Of a DNA stretch of 64,000 bases, positions 14,179 to 28,235 are shown one piece after another. The number at the start of each line of letters is the position of its first letter. The first letter of the stretch is position 1. Source of the stretch: Octopus vulgaris (taxonomy: Eukaryota); assembly GCA_951406725.2 (NCBI GenBank), contig OX597823.1:95108001-95172000 (forward strand). The letters run 5' to 3'. The position numbers and the translations under genes are program-made. The notes under the pieces were generated by a model. The model saw nothing but the letters and a program-made list of their open reading frames with translations, made no database searches and was not told the DNA's origin.

Positions 14179-14987
14179 TAATAATAATGATGTTACGCCA
14201 CACATGGTCATCTGATACCACCATGGGTTCCAGCACAAACAGCCTCCAGTTTGCTAGCTCAGCAAGTCAACTGCCTAGAACATGAAGAGGCAGTAGCGAA
14301 AAGCCAGAAAACCGTTGCGAATTGTCAAAGTAAAATATTCTTTAAAAAATCATTTAACAACACAAAGAGTTCTTTTTTCTTTCTTTTTCTTTTAAAGCAT
14401 TTAACAACAACATTTAGCGATAACAAGCAGTTCTGTCATTTACCTCTGCGATGTTCACATTCCTGGCTGTGTCGTTCGCTCCTACCGTTCCCTGTTTGAA
14501 TTCTTCCTCCCACCAACTCCCTCTAGCTCCACTGCATAAAATGTGCGAGTTTCCTGCTAGGCGGCTGGTCTCTCCCTATCCTCACAACTCGATGGTTACC
14601 TGTATATATCAGGTGATGCTGCCAGAAAGACAGGTATATCACCGGTAATACAGTGCCTGTTTATCTTACAAAGTGGGTTACTCTGTCGTTGTTCCTCGTT
14701 GTTTTTCGTGACCGTAGCGGTCGAGAGATCAATTACCTACAGTTATAAGAAACCGAGCTTTCTGACAAGACAATCGAAATCCCGCTGGCATGAATAACTA
14801 GAGCACTGTTTCAAACCCAGTGAATGGCAAAGGGATATGTCTCAATATCACCCCTCCCTGTGTTCAATATTTTTTATTCCCTTCTCTAAAATTTGAAACC
14901 AGATAGCGATGTTCGCATCGTGTGAACGTGAAATCATCAGGATATTATTTTTCTTTCCATTCGAAAGACGAATAATAATAATATTTA

Positions 14988-15067
<80 letters not shown>

Positions 15068-15081
15068 ATAATAATAATGAT

Positions 15082-15640
15082 AAATGCCCTGATGCAGTAC
15101 CAGGCAGTGGCTCTCGTGGCTTCCGATCTTAACTGATTGGAAGTGTTATCATGTACATTGTTTTGTCTTGGTATAAAAGATGGGCTACAGCAAATATTCT
15201 GCTCAATACCACAGATTTACTTGTCAGTTGTTTGACCTTAACCAGTTGAGCATGTCCCTTAGTGGCTGACGATATGTGCATCTCTGATCACGAGCAGAAG
15301 TAGTGGGGGAGCATCATAGCCATGCCTTTAGAGGGATTGTTTGGGATTTGAATAATTCACCTCTGTAAACATGGGTGTTTCGTTCAACATCCTTAAACAG
15401 CCCTTATTCAGGGACCTTTTGAATGGGATGGGTTACTCGACTAAAAGAAAATTCTAACTGGGACCCACCTGCAAGATCATGCGCGGTTATTTTGATATGA
15501 GATCACCATGTCGCGCACATATGGTTGTGATCCATGTGCCTGGTGTACCCTTATCAGACGGGTAGTCATGATGGGTAAACTGGGTTTCGTATATTTGTAC
15601 CCCAGTGTCACTTTGATGGCATGCACTGCTCTCTCACTCA
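15082..15640 (+). mobile_element. Non-coding (AAT)n-flanked retroposon, copy 1
   Basis: Closely similar to 24677-25158 with the same 3' end ctctctcactc-aat; no ORF. Confidence 0.7.
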
Positions 15641-15696
15641 ATAATAATAATAATAATATAAAATATAATGTAAATAAAAGTAAATAAAAGTAAATA

Positions 15697-16058
15697 GTAA
15701 ATATAAGGACCTGGAAATCGAAATACAGAGGATGTGGAATCTTAAAACAAAAACTGTTCCTTTTATTGTAGGTGCCCTAGGTATGATAAAAAAGGGATGT
15801 CAGAAACACCTAGACAATATCCCTGGAAAACCATGTCTCAAGGAAATCCAAAAGATTGTGCTAACAAGTACTGCCCACATCCTTAGAAAAACCCTATCAA
15901 TGTAAATGTTTGTGTTTGCATTACATGGAGATATATCTCTACTTCCCCTCCCCAAGCTTTCAGCTATATTCCAACAACTCTTAACCTTCACTTGCCTTAG
16001 GGCGCTGGGTGTGTCCCGGCAAGTGATTGCATCAAACATGCAGATTAAAAGTAAATGA
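15697..16058 (+). mobile_element. R4/Dong LINE 3' fragment (family C)
   Basis: KYKDLEIEIQRMWNLKTKTVPFIVGALG...EIQKIVLTSTAHILRKTLSM plus 3' UTR ending in (AAT)n. Confidence 0.85.
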
Positions 16059-16059
16059 C

Positions 16060-16100
<41 letters not shown>

Positions 16101-16127
16101 CAACAACAACAATAATGACTTGTTTAC

Positions 16128-16354
16128 CTTTTGTACCATAGAGGACGGGAAATATTCCAGCAATACAAATGACTCCAGCCAAAACCATCATGCTAGTATG
16201 CAATTTTTTTCTTCCAACACGATTTAACAGAAGTATGCACAGAGTATAGGCCGGAAACTCGATAACCGAATTCAAAAAAAAATTCAAATAGAGATTGCCA
16301 TACAATTTGCCAACATTAAGAGTAAGGCCGAAATATACCATACTCACAACCACC
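16128..16354 (-). CDS. SLC22: SLC22 exon 7
   Basis: tttctatag| (W)VVVSMVYFGLTLNVGKLYGNLYLNFFLNSVIEFPAY...NRVGRKK...YGTK |GTAAAC; 227 nt. Confidence 0.95.
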
Positions 16355-17194
16355 CTATAGAAAAGAAATGAAAGATTTTATACAATGTACAAAAATGCAC
16401 AAAAATTTCAGATCAATCCCTGGTTAGATGGCTACGTAATTTCTTAGAGAGAATTATGATAATTTGAACATTGAGACCAACAGCAAGTAAAGTTATACAA
16501 CTAACTGTCTAATATAGACAACTAAGATAACTACTGTAACATTTTGTTAGTTTGCCTCATGGTCCCCCGCAGACAAAATAGAAAATGTGTTGCCCCAGAA
16601 TCACTGGAACAGCCACTCTGACCCACAAGGGCTCACACTTGCGGATAGCTGTATCCACCCTGATAGTGGTGAGCAGGGATGTGGTTGAGGGTCTGGGAAT
16701 GCTAGAAGTCTCCACTGACGCAGGCTTGACCACAAACCTGTCAGAGAATGGCCAATACTTTAATTACCTACATTTAGGGGCATCAGACTGTGTTCAGCTT
16801 TAACCCTTTCGTTACCATGGTTTTGTTAAAAAATGTTAGTTTCAATTAATTTTGAAAATAAAGAAGAATTTAATAATATGAGTTGCCCGTAATTAAGACT
16901 GGAACACAAATAAACATGAAATTTTAATGGAAAATTTCAAATTAGATCAAACAGGAAGTCTGTATGATACAACAAGGGACATTCTCATGTGGCTTGATAT
17001 CAAAAGGGTCAACTAAGTTTTTACTTCTCATTTTATCCTTCTTTGCTTTGCTCTAAAAAGAGTTCCTGATTTCATCTTCATGTAAGCATCCTTGCACACT
17101 TAGTATCTTTGATATTCTTTCAAGTTTAACTCTACATGGATTTCTTGCAAGAAAACTTCCACAAATATCTGCATCATTCTGATCAATATAGGTG

Positions 17195-17332
17195 CATGCA
17201 TGGCTGCGTGGTAAGAAGCTTGCTCTCAAACACATGGCTCCACCTTGAACAAGTGTCTTCTACTCTAACCATAGGCTGGCTAAAGCCATGTGAGTAGACT
17301 TAGTAAACGGAAACTGAAAGAAGCCCATCACA

Positions 17333-17371
<39 letters not shown>

Positions 17372-17620
17372 ATAGAGAGAGAGAGAGAGAGAGAGAGAGG
17401 GGAGAGCTTTGTGTGTGTCTTTGTCTATGTATTTGTTCCCCTACCACCATCCGTTGTCCAGTGCTGGTTTGTTTGTATTCCCATAACTTAATGGTTAAAA
17501 AAAGAAATAGAATAAGCATCAGGCATAAAAAATTCTGGAGCCAATTAATTCAAGTATAAGTTTTTCAAGGCGGTGCCCCAGCATGGTCGCAGTCAAATGT
17601 GAGAAACGAGTAAGCGATAA
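17195..17620 (+). mobile_element. tRNA-derived SINE, family 1 (diverged)
   Basis: tggctgcgtggtaagaagcttgc...aaactgaaagaagccc...ccagcatggtcgcagtc. Confidence 0.7.
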
Positions 17621-17664
17621 AAGATAAAGAACACACAGAAAATGGCAAATGTAATATCACTAAC

Positions 17665-17877
17665 CAGTTTAGCATCAAAATTAGGGTCCGTTTTAGAAGC
17701 TGAGGAATGGTAAACATTTTCCAGATTTCTACCTTTTTCTCGTTCGATGAGGAAATGTTGACGATTTCTGTTGGAGGCAAAACTGTTTTATTCAGTTTGG
17801 CGATGTTGCTAAGAATTAAGTTGGCATCTTTTGTTCTCTTTTTATTGAGGAGCCATCGGGGAGACTCGTCTAGGAAC
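17665..17877 (-). CDS. SLC22: SLC22 exon 6
   Basis: (W)FLDESPRWLLNKKRTKDA...IAKLNK...LLKRTLILMLN(W) contains the ESPRWL motif; acceptor tttgcaag|, donor |GTTAGT; 213 nt. Confidence 0.92.
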
Positions 17878-18834
17878 CTTGCAAATAGAAAACGGAAAAT
17901 ACAACCACATACACACATATATATGAACACACACTCATATATACATACATGCATACATACATACATGCATACATACATACATACAAACAGACAAATAAGT
18001 AAACAGACATTTGTTCAAGGTGCCATACAGTGAGACTGAACCCAGAACCATGTGGTTGGGAAGCGAACGTCTTACCACACAGCCACACCTGCATCTTTGA
18101 TGTTAATAAAGGTGTTTAAAAGTCAGGTGAAGCCTGTATTTAAAGCTTCTTAAGTTACTCGTCTCTAAACATCGAATGCTTTCGCCCCAAAAGAAGAACT
18201 AATCTACAAAATTGGATTCAAACGAAGGTACAGGGGTTAGATCAGCGTTTTCCTTCCCCTAGAAAGATAGCTAAACAAAGATTAAGAGTTTCTCACTCCC
18301 AGCTGTCCTTTGATGGGTTTTGCTTCTCTTCCTGGAGGGTGTCCAATATAAACACACCCCACTCCCACCCCCTTCCCAAACGAACTTGTTAGGGTTGCAA
18401 GTTTAGTCGCCAACTATGTAACGGGTTGTATATACATATACACATACGTGCACCCTAACACATACACATACACGTACTTATACTCACATATCCATTCATC
18501 TACCCATATATACATCCATACATATATACATATATGCACCCATATATACTAAAGTACGTCCGTATATATAAATCCATGCACCCATACATTCATTTACTCA
18601 TACGTACATACATGCATACATACCTTGATACATACACCCAGCCATATATACACCCAACCATACATACATACGTACATGCATGCATCAATATACACTTACA
18701 TATATACATACACTCATCCAGCTATACATATACATAGACATCCATACACTCGTACATACATAGATCCATTGATCATACACCCATATATGCACGCACATAT
18801 CCATCCATCCACCGATACACACATGCATACCTAC

Positions 18835-19006
18835 CAGATATAGACGATTCCGAGCACCAGTGACGGGACTGATATTATGATCACCACCGGCTTCCAGGAC
18901 CTCACAAAGTAAGTCAGCAGAGAAAGGATTATGTATCCAATGGTAAATACCATTTGGATGGCAATGGATGATTTCATTCTACTGTCCACCGAAGACACTT
19001 CAGAAG
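18835..19006 (-). CDS. SLC22: SLC22 exon 5
   Basis: ttctag| (A)SEVSSVDSRMKSSIAIQMVFTIGYIILSLLTYFVRSWKPVVIIISVPSLVLGIVYI(W) |GTAGGT; 172 nt; phases match both neighbours. Confidence 0.9.
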
Positions 19007-19105
19007 CTAGAATTTGAAAGAATGATGACGAGGAAAAATGATGACAACAATACGAATATGATGATGAAAAGAATGAATTATATTACACATACGCGCGCGC
19101 GCATT

Positions 19106-19166
<61 letters not shown>

Positions 19167-19179
19167 TTGTGTGTGTGTG

Positions 19180-19258
<79 letters not shown>

Positions 19259-19299
19259 CATTCTAAGAAAAGCCAACTTAGCATTAAACCTTTGTTGAC

Positions 19300-19990
19300 G
19301 TCAGTCGATAACGAAAGAATAAAAATAAACATATGAATTCTACGTCACGTCATCCAGAAATATTGAGATCCTACATCACAACAATCAGTTATCTATATAC
19401 TAAATATAATAAACATTTTTAGAAAAATCATGCTTATTATATAAGAATTGAAATATTTAAGGGTTTTCCAAAATTTGTGTCACCATTTCAATGTAAAATT
19501 GCCATTAAAATTTAATAGTGTTAATTTAGAAGTAATTACATAATACCTTTGTTTTCAAGAGAAAGATCGCATGTAGAATGTCCAATATTTTACAATAATG
19601 GAACACTTTAAATCATACTTAATGTTCCTGTCTTTTAAATCCCAAATGCATTTACTAAGATTTGTAGAATTACCTTTTCTTCCATACTTAAGTGAATGAC
19701 ACTGATTATGAAATCTAGATTTCCAAATTGTAGCAGATGAACCTGTGTAATAATAAGTATGATCCCCTTTTATTACCTTACATTGATACATTACATTTTT
19801 CATTAAGCGCTGATTTTCTAAAGGACAGACAATTTTTGCTTTTATAATCACTCAGGCATTATTCACTTGTATTTGTTGTTGATGATTAAAAGAACTTCAA
19901 AGAGTCCTCCTGTCAGAATTAGTTGTTAAGACAGGATTATTATAACTGTATTATCAGAATCGAAATTACTTTTACTCAAAGAGTCGAGTT
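19300..19990 (-). mobile_element. Penelope-like GIY-YIG remnant
   Basis: CPLENQRLMKNVMYQCKV...YYYTGSSATIWKSRFHN..HS...STNLSKCIWDLKD. Confidence 0.8.
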
Positions 19991-20099
19991 CTTGTTTTAA
20001 AAAATATATCATTAGAGTTTATTTCACAATTCACACTATCGATTCTAATCTTGTTTACAGATTTTGAGTTGCCATCAAGAATATGCATGGATACGAGAT

Positions 20100-20830
<731 letters not shown>

Positions 20831-20944
20831 AAAGGGCTCCTTCTAATCGATGAGAACAGACAAAGAATAAACGACAGAACATAATTGAACTTGCATTCAA
20901 ATTCAAAAGTGGACATTTATGGTGTTTTATTGTTGTTTGCTTAC

Positions 20945-21099
20945 CAAAGACAACTGAGGGAACATAGGATCCAGCACCACCAACAGCAGTGAGAAAACGG
21001 AACACATATATGGCATAAATATTGGAGATGAAGGCCATTGCTATTCCAGTTGACCCTTGCAAAAATACACACACAATTACCACTTTCTTTCGACCAAAT
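20945..21099 (-). CDS. SLC22: SLC22 exon 4
   Basis: tttttcag| (R)FGRKKVVIVCVFLQG...YVFRFLTAVGGAGSYVPSVVF |GTAAGC; completes MFS motif A (SDRFGRK); 155 nt. Confidence 0.94.
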
Positions 21100-21624
21100 C
21101 TGAAAAAGATTAATAAGACAAACTTAAATTTCATTTGGTTAAACACACAAACACACACACATACGAGGTGTACTCAAAAGGTATCCAAATCTAATATCAT
21201 GTGGGCAAAATCCTTTGGATGGGCGGTGACAAAACCCTTCTTGCGCCTGTTGGCTGCATCAGTTCTCAGCTGTTATGCCTAAAGTACAGATATGTACTTT
21301 CTCACTTGGATTTTCATGTTTGGCCAAAAGCTTGGTGGTATCAAGCTCAAACCATCCAGAGAATTCAACAAACCATTGGCGATATGATACCATGGACAAA
21401 ACTCAAATCAAGGAGTGGTATAACTGCTCCAAACATGGTTTCTACTGAGTGGTGAGGGAGGCATGTTCAGGCAGGCCATCCACAGGCGGATACGAGGCGG
21501 TGTGTGAGAAGATTTGGTGAATAGTTATGAAAGGACATCATGTAACAATATAGGAAATTACTTATGAAGGAAGTTATCCATGAATTCCATAGAATCTTTA
21601 AATCATCATATATATATATGAAGC

Positions 21625-22100
21625 GTAAATAAGTAACAGGTGTGTCCAGACTTCAATGCATTACGACCGTTTCAAGTGGACCCATTTAATCGATCAACAA
21701 GGACATTACATCAATTTGAAAGAAATCGCTCTCCTCAGATGTAAATGACTATATAGATTTACAGCATAAAGGATAAACCATTTTTAGAATTTTTAGCAAA
21801 TTTTTACCATTTGTAGAAATTAAAATAATTACATTGATTCCTTATTACATTGTTTCTTTATTTATTACATTATTATATTACAAATATAACACAAGGAAAC
21901 TATGTAATTATTTTCGATTCTAGTATTGATAGATTGTTGCTAAAATTCTAAAAATGGTTTATCCTTTCTGCTGGAAATATACATATTCATTTAATTCTGA
22001 GGAGAGCTGTTTTTTCAAACTAATGTTATGTTTTCATCGATCGATTAAATGGAACCGCTTGAAACGGCCGTAATGCATTGATACCGGGACATCCTTCCTA
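21625..22100. repeat. Diverged inverted repeat with a hammerhead motif in each arm (21659-21741 minus; 21994-22075 plus)
   Basis: Arms are imperfect reverse complements; CTGAGGA-gagc...gctt-GAAA-cggccg-TA. Confidence 0.65.
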
Positions 22101-22234
22101 CTAATACGCAGGTTGTTCAACTAACCTCGAGGTGTGTGGACTATACCGAACTGGCTTGGTGCCTCAATTGAAGTACCTATTTCAACTGAAGCTTAATTAT
22201 ATCACACACATACCCCCCACACACACACACATAC

Positions 22235-22397
22235 AGACGCAGGAGTGGGTGTGTGCTAAGAAGCTTCCTCACCAACCATATAGTTCCGAGTTCAGTCCCA
22301 CTGCGTGACACATTGGGTAAGTGTCTTCTACTATAGCCTCGGACCGACCAAGGCCTTGTGAGTGGCTTTGGTAGACGGAATCTGAAAGAAGCCCATC

Positions 22398-22431
<34 letters not shown>

Positions 22432-22626
22432 CTGTTTGTGTTTTCCACCCCACCATCGCTTGATAAACGACGTTGGTATTCACGTTCCCGTAACTTAGTG
22501 GTTCGGCAAAAGTAACCGATAGAATAAGTACTAGACATACAAAGATTAAGTCCTGGGGTCGATTTGTACGACTGCAGGCGGTGCTCCAGCATAGCCGCAG
22601 TCAAATGAATGCAAGAAGTAAAGAAT
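22235..22626 (+). mobile_element. tRNA-derived SINE, family 1
   Basis: A-box and B-box-like head, conserved body. Confidence 0.8.
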
Positions 22627-23468
22627 ATATATGTGTGTGTGTGTGTTTGCGTGTATGAATATGTATGTATATGTGTGCTTGTGTGTGTGTGTGTGTGTGT
22701 GTGCAGTATACAGGGGAGATAGAAAGATGCTCAATATAGACAAAGCGTAACAGAGCTGGAATGATGTGAACTTACATTCCAAAGTCTTTATCAAAAACTG
22801 AGTCTGTGAGTAAACGGTGGCCATAAGAGAAATCCAGGTGAGCTGATAGGGAGAGAGGGATGTAGGCAGACACACCCAAGCGACTTTACCAGTGGCACTA
22901 GCTCGCTCTCTCTTTCTGTATATATATGTCCGTGTGTACGTGTGTGTGTGTATGCGTTTGTACGCGCGCGCGCATGTGTGTACCAATCTATATACATATG
23001 TACATATTTATGTATGTATTTAAAGTATTATTCCCAGACCTGTAATAGAAGCACCTGTTAGGATTCCAGGTATGGTTTAATTAGCATGTAAATCACTGGG
23101 AATGAAGGACCCATTTTTCTTGTCAGAACTTCCTCTTAGGCAAAGGTAAACTTGTATATAAAAAACATTGAAGTGCAGTTGGCTTCTGGTCATCTCAGTC
23201 TCTGTTGTGCCTCTGGTTTTATGGCAGTTTGCTCAGAAAAGTGGTTCTTCTCAAACCAAATCCATGCACAGGAACTTCTTGGACTCCCAGAACGTGTGCA
23301 AGGAGGTTTTGAACTTATGAAGTGGTCATGCTCGGTCATGAGTTAACATCCACAACCATATATACAGATTCATGCACTACACACACATATATATGAATTA
23401 GGCAAAAATATAAAATAGAATGCAAACACTAAACACACCAGCGTGGAGATATGATACACAGAACTTAC

Positions 23469-23572
23469 CTGTCTGATAAAATTCCACAAACGACCATGGC
23501 AAAAAGGTAGCCCATGAAATAAAACGTAAAGGCGTGCCTTGCCAGAATCGCTTTATCGCAAACTAGATTCAG
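23469..23572 (-). CDS. SLC22: SLC22 exon 3
   Basis: ttgcag| LNLVCDKAILARHAFTFYFMGYLFAMVVCGILSD(R) |GTAAGT; 104 nt; not in the ORF track, read manually. Confidence 0.93.
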
Positions 23573-23954
23573 CTGCAATGAGAAATAGGAAAACTATTTA
23601 ATGTATACATTTTATAATTTTGATAATAATAATTTTATATTTTGGAATTGTAGAAACACTGTTTCTTGGAGACAACTTTCATAGTCAGTGTGTATTCAAA
23701 GGACTTTGTTGTAGGAACAACGGTAATGTGACACTCCTTGAATCGATTGTATAATAGGGAAGGAGCTACTGTCACAGGGGCCACTGTTCATTGGCTCAGG
23801 AACAGTGCGAGTACAGCCACTAAAATTTGGTGGTGCAGGGGCAATGAAAACGCTTTAAAGAACCTCCTAAAAAGCTTTATCACCAAAACGATTGAGCATT
23901 TTTGGGTTGATTTGAAACATTATTTTCTATGATGGGATTAATCCGATTTGACAA

Positions 23955-24013
<59 letters not shown>

Positions 24014-24014
<1 letters not shown>

Positions 24015-24395
24015 GACTTACCAAAAACTGAGCAAATATAAAGATCTTGAAATAGAAATCAGCAAAATGTGGAATCTGAAGACTAAAATAATATCTGTTG
24101 TCATAGGTGCTGATCGTTACCTAACTCAGATACCAGGAAACCCCAAAATGGCAGAAATTCAAAAGATAGTGCTCATGGTAACTGCTCATATCCTACGCAA
24201 ATACTTTCTATGTAATCTCAAGTTTTGAAACAAAGATAATTATCGTTTTCTTTTTTCTGACATTCACTAGTACAACACAAAATACAAAACCAAATATATG
24301 GCACGAACTTCCAACCTGTTGTCTCTTGAGGTCTCTGAGTGAGACTTGGAGCCAACTTGTACAAATATAAAGCAAAAGTCAAACATATAATAAAA
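24014..24395 (+). mobile_element. R4/Dong LINE 3' fragment (family D)
   Basis: QKLSKYKDLEIEISKMWNLKTKII...EIQKIVLMVTAHILRK between (AAT)n tracts. Confidence 0.85.
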
Positions 24396-24416
24396 ATAAT
24401 AATAATAATAATAATG

Positions 24417-24474
<58 letters not shown>

Positions 24475-24531
24475 TAATAATAATAATAATAAGAAGAAGA
24501 ACAACAACTAGCACTATGACCCGGCAACTAT

Positions 24532-24573
<42 letters not shown>

Positions 24574-24595
24574 TAATAATAATACTAATAATAAT

Positions 24596-24659
<64 letters not shown>

Positions 24660-25257
24660 GTAATAATAATAATAATCGTTTTGTTTCGGTATAAAAGATG
24701 GGCTACAGCAAATATTCTGCTCAATACCACAGATTTGCTTGTCAGTTGTTTGACCATAACCAGTTGAGCATGTCCCTTAGTGGCTGACGATATGTGCATC
24801 TCTGATCACGAGCAGAAGTAGTGGCAGAGCATCATAGCCATGTGTTGAGAGGGATTCTTTGGGGTTTGAATAGTTCACCTCTGGAAACATGGGTGGTTCT
24901 TTCAACATCCTTAAACAACCCTTATTCAGGGACCGTTTGAGCGGGATGGGCTACTCAACCTGAAGAAAATTCTAACTGAGCCCCACCTGCAAGGTCATGT
25001 GCTGTTTATCTTGATATGAGATCACCATGTCGCGCACATATGGTTGTGATGCATGTGCCTGATGTACCTTTATCAGACGGGTAGTCATGATGGGTATATT
25101 GGGCTTCGTATATTTTACCCCAGTGTCACTTTGATGGCATGAACTTCTCTCTCACTCAATCGTAATAATAATAATAATTGTAATAATAATAGTAATAATA
25201 ATAATAATAATAGTAATAATAATAATAATAATAATGATGATGATGATGAAAATAATA

Positions 25258-25293
<36 letters not shown>

Positions 25294-25329
25294 GTAATAC
25301 TAGTAATAATAATATTAATAATAGTAATA

Positions 25330-25360
<31 letters not shown>

Positions 25361-25434
25361 TAGTAATAATAGTAATAATAATAATAATAATAATAATAGT
25401 AATAATAGTAATAATAATAATAATAATAGTAATA

Positions 25435-25471
<37 letters not shown>

Positions 25472-25510
25472 TAATAATAATGATGATGATGATGAGGATG
25501 AGGATGATGC
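24390..25510. repeat. (AAT)n microsatellite tracts next to SLC22 exon 2
   Basis: Direct reading. Confidence 0.95.
24677..25158 (+). mobile_element. Non-coding (AAT)n-flanked retroposon, copy 2 (shorter at the 5' end)
   Basis: Matches about 15158-15640; embedded in (AAT)n. Confidence 0.7.
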
Positions 25511-25523
25511 AAAAGAACCTTAC

Positions 25524-25746
25524 CTGACTGGTGATTGAGGTGTGCGTATTGGTTTTATCATACACCCAAGAACTGCACATCTGTGTAGTTCGATTTCCAT
25601 TTTCTGTGGTATTGGAATATATCAAACATTTTTCATAAACCACCTCCCCTTCATCCTCACTCTTTGGAATATATTCGTTGATCAGTTCTTCATGGCTTTC
25701 ACTTTGGATTTTATACGTGTCGTTGTCGTAACCAGGAATAGCACAC
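25524..25746 (-). CDS. SLC22: SLC22 exon 2 (large extracellular loop)
   Basis: ttcctag| acceptor; (R)CAIPGYDNDTY...EKCLIY...CSSWVYDKTNTHTSITSQ with the conserved loop cysteines and the C..WVYD motif; donor CAG|GTAAGG; 223 nt. Confidence 0.93.
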
Positions 25747-26249
25747 CTAGGAAAATATACAAAATAGGTTTCTTTGATCTTTCATTTAAATTTAGTTACA
25801 TCTTCTGTAGCTTTCAGACTTGTGGACCTTACCATACATTTGAAAATATTTCGTTTGATGAATTTTATAGACAGAAATAAGTATTCTTATCTCGCTGCAG
25901 AGGTCCAGTGTACTGTCTCTCACTTAAGGCGACTGAATTATACTGAAACACTAGATATGTCATTGAATTGTGTGTATAGTTAACACAACGTCTCAAAGGG
26001 AGAAAAGTTTATTCAGGCAAAATCCAACAGCGTGAAACATTATTTACTTTTCAGGTCTGCTGGAATACACACATCAGTGATCTGATTCTCACTGCTTTAC
26101 ATGCTATGGATAATTGAATATATAATATACATACGTATGTATGTGCATACAATCATGCACACACACGCATATGTATGAATATATATACGGTACTTTCCAT
26201 TAATATCTCTCTCTTTCTCCCTCTCTCTCTCTATATATATAAATATATA

Positions 26250-26325
<76 letters not shown>

Positions 26326-26445
26326 GTATGTACCAGAGTAATCACAGAAATGTGAGTCAAGGTGGAAAAAATAGTACTCGATTACCAGTTCGTGTTTTCC
26401 CTCTCTTGCTGTTGCTTTGCTTTATTAAAAACAGCAAAAATATCA

Positions 26446-26493
26446 CAAAACCGTTACTCAGAGTTTCACGTTAGCGTTCGTCGGACAGTTTTG
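26446..26493 (-). ncRNA. Hammerhead motif with a U4C core variant
   Basis: caaaactgt-CCGACGA-acg ctaa cgt-GAAA-ctctgag-TA-acggttttg; 9-bp stem I. Confidence 0.55.
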
Positions 26494-26935
26494 TTTAAAA
26501 TGGAGCAAGATTAAGTTATATGCAAAAGGACAATTACTTTGCCAGATACACATTTGAAAATGGTTTTGTTTTATTGGTCTTTTCGACTAAAGGTCTTTTC
26601 AATAACCGGTTGCATGAAATAACAAATTGCATTTGAAACTTATATTATAATAAGAATCGAAGAAAACCTTAAATCAAAAATAGCTTATGAAGGAAAAAGG
26701 CGTAAATAACAGGGTAAATAATTAGCTGTAAAAATAATGATAAATTAATGAATTAAAATATATACCCGTTTAAAAAATTTTTCACACTAAATTACACGTA
26801 CATTTAGCAATACATACACATACCAAACAATCTATAAACTAAACATACAGACGTAGGCACATGGCTACATATATATGCAGATATATATATAGGCAAAACA
26901 TAAGTTTATACAAATGCATATATATATATACATAT

Positions 26936-27364
26936 AGGCGCAGGAGTGGCTGTGTGGTAAGTAGCTATATAGGCGCAGGAGTGGCTGTGTGGTAAGTAGC
27001 TTGTTTACCAACCACGTGGTCCCGGGTTCAGTCCCACTGCGTGGCACCTTGGACAAGTGTCTTCTACTATAGCCTCGGGTCGACCAAAGCCTTGTGAGTG
27101 GATTTGGTAGACCTAAACTGAAAGAAGCCCGTCGTATATATGTATATATATGCGTGTGTGTGTTTGGGTGTCTGTGTTTGTCCTCCTAGCATTGCATGAC
27201 AACCGATGCTGGAGTGTTTATGTCCCCGAAACTTAGCGGTTCGGCAAAAGAAACCGATAGAATAAGTACTGGGCTTACAAAAGAATAAGTCCCGGGGTCG
27301 AGTTGCTCGAGTAAAGGCGGTGCTCCAGCATGGCCGCAGTCAAATGACTGAAACAATTAAAAGA

Positions 27365-27366
<2 letters not shown>
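26936..27366 (+). mobile_element. tRNA-derived SINE, family 1, with a duplicated 5' end
   Basis: ggcgcaggagtggctgtgtggtaagtagc occurs twice in tandem, then a full body ending in (TA)n. Confidence 0.85.
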
Positions 27367-27425
<59 letters not shown>

Positions 27426-27471
27426 TACTTGGAAATGGATGCGTGGCGTTCAATTAAATACTAATATAGTG

Positions 27472-27553
<82 letters not shown>

Positions 27554-27760
27554 TTATGTAGGTGAATGAATTATCCTATGTTTATCGTCAGCATGGAAAA
27601 TTCGTTTAACCGAAACCTGGGTAGCAAATTCACGTCAGAAAACACGGTTGAAGCGACCTGTCAAGGGTAGAAACTCCGGGTTCTTGTGTAGAAATTTGTG
27701 TGTTGTATATGATTGAATGAAAGAATGGAGTCGAACGAAGATGTTAACAAAATTCCTTTA

Positions 27761-27842
27761 CTCTCGACATATGTTTCGAAGACAGCATATTTTTATTCCG
27801 AAGGAATAAAGGGTGCATTATGCAATCTTCTCATCAGGAAAG
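27761..27842 (-). ncRNA. Type I hammerhead motif (Penelope-type), in SLC22 intron 1
   Basis: ctttc-CTGATGA-gaaga...tcttc-GAAA-catatg-TC-gagag; intact core, palindromic stem III. Confidence 0.7.
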
Positions 27843-28198
27843 ATAAGGAGCCTCTCTCAACCACAAGACGAACAAAAATTTCGATGATTGCCTACATGGT
27901 GATCACAGCGATAATGAGTGTTTTTTTAAAAAAATCCGTTATAAGCATTGACGTCAAAAATGGATAGACGGAGGAAGTAGAAATAGGTAAGGGACAGTAT
28001 GTTTGCTGTATGGAGATGTGCAGGTGTGCGCTTGTGTTAATGAGTGCGAGTGTTTGTGTGTGTACATGTGTGTGTATACAACTGCATTTGTGTCTGTGTG
28101 TGTGATTGTGTGTGTGGGAGAGAGACATACGTCAAATATACGTAGTAGTAAGGGGAAAATTAGTGTCTGTGTGTTTGATTTTGTGTGTGAGAGAGAGA

Positions 28199-28235
<37 letters not shown>

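Noticed and set aside
14191-14850. Possible solo LTR (TGTTA...CA)
   Set aside because: No second copy, PBS, PPT or TSD could be established
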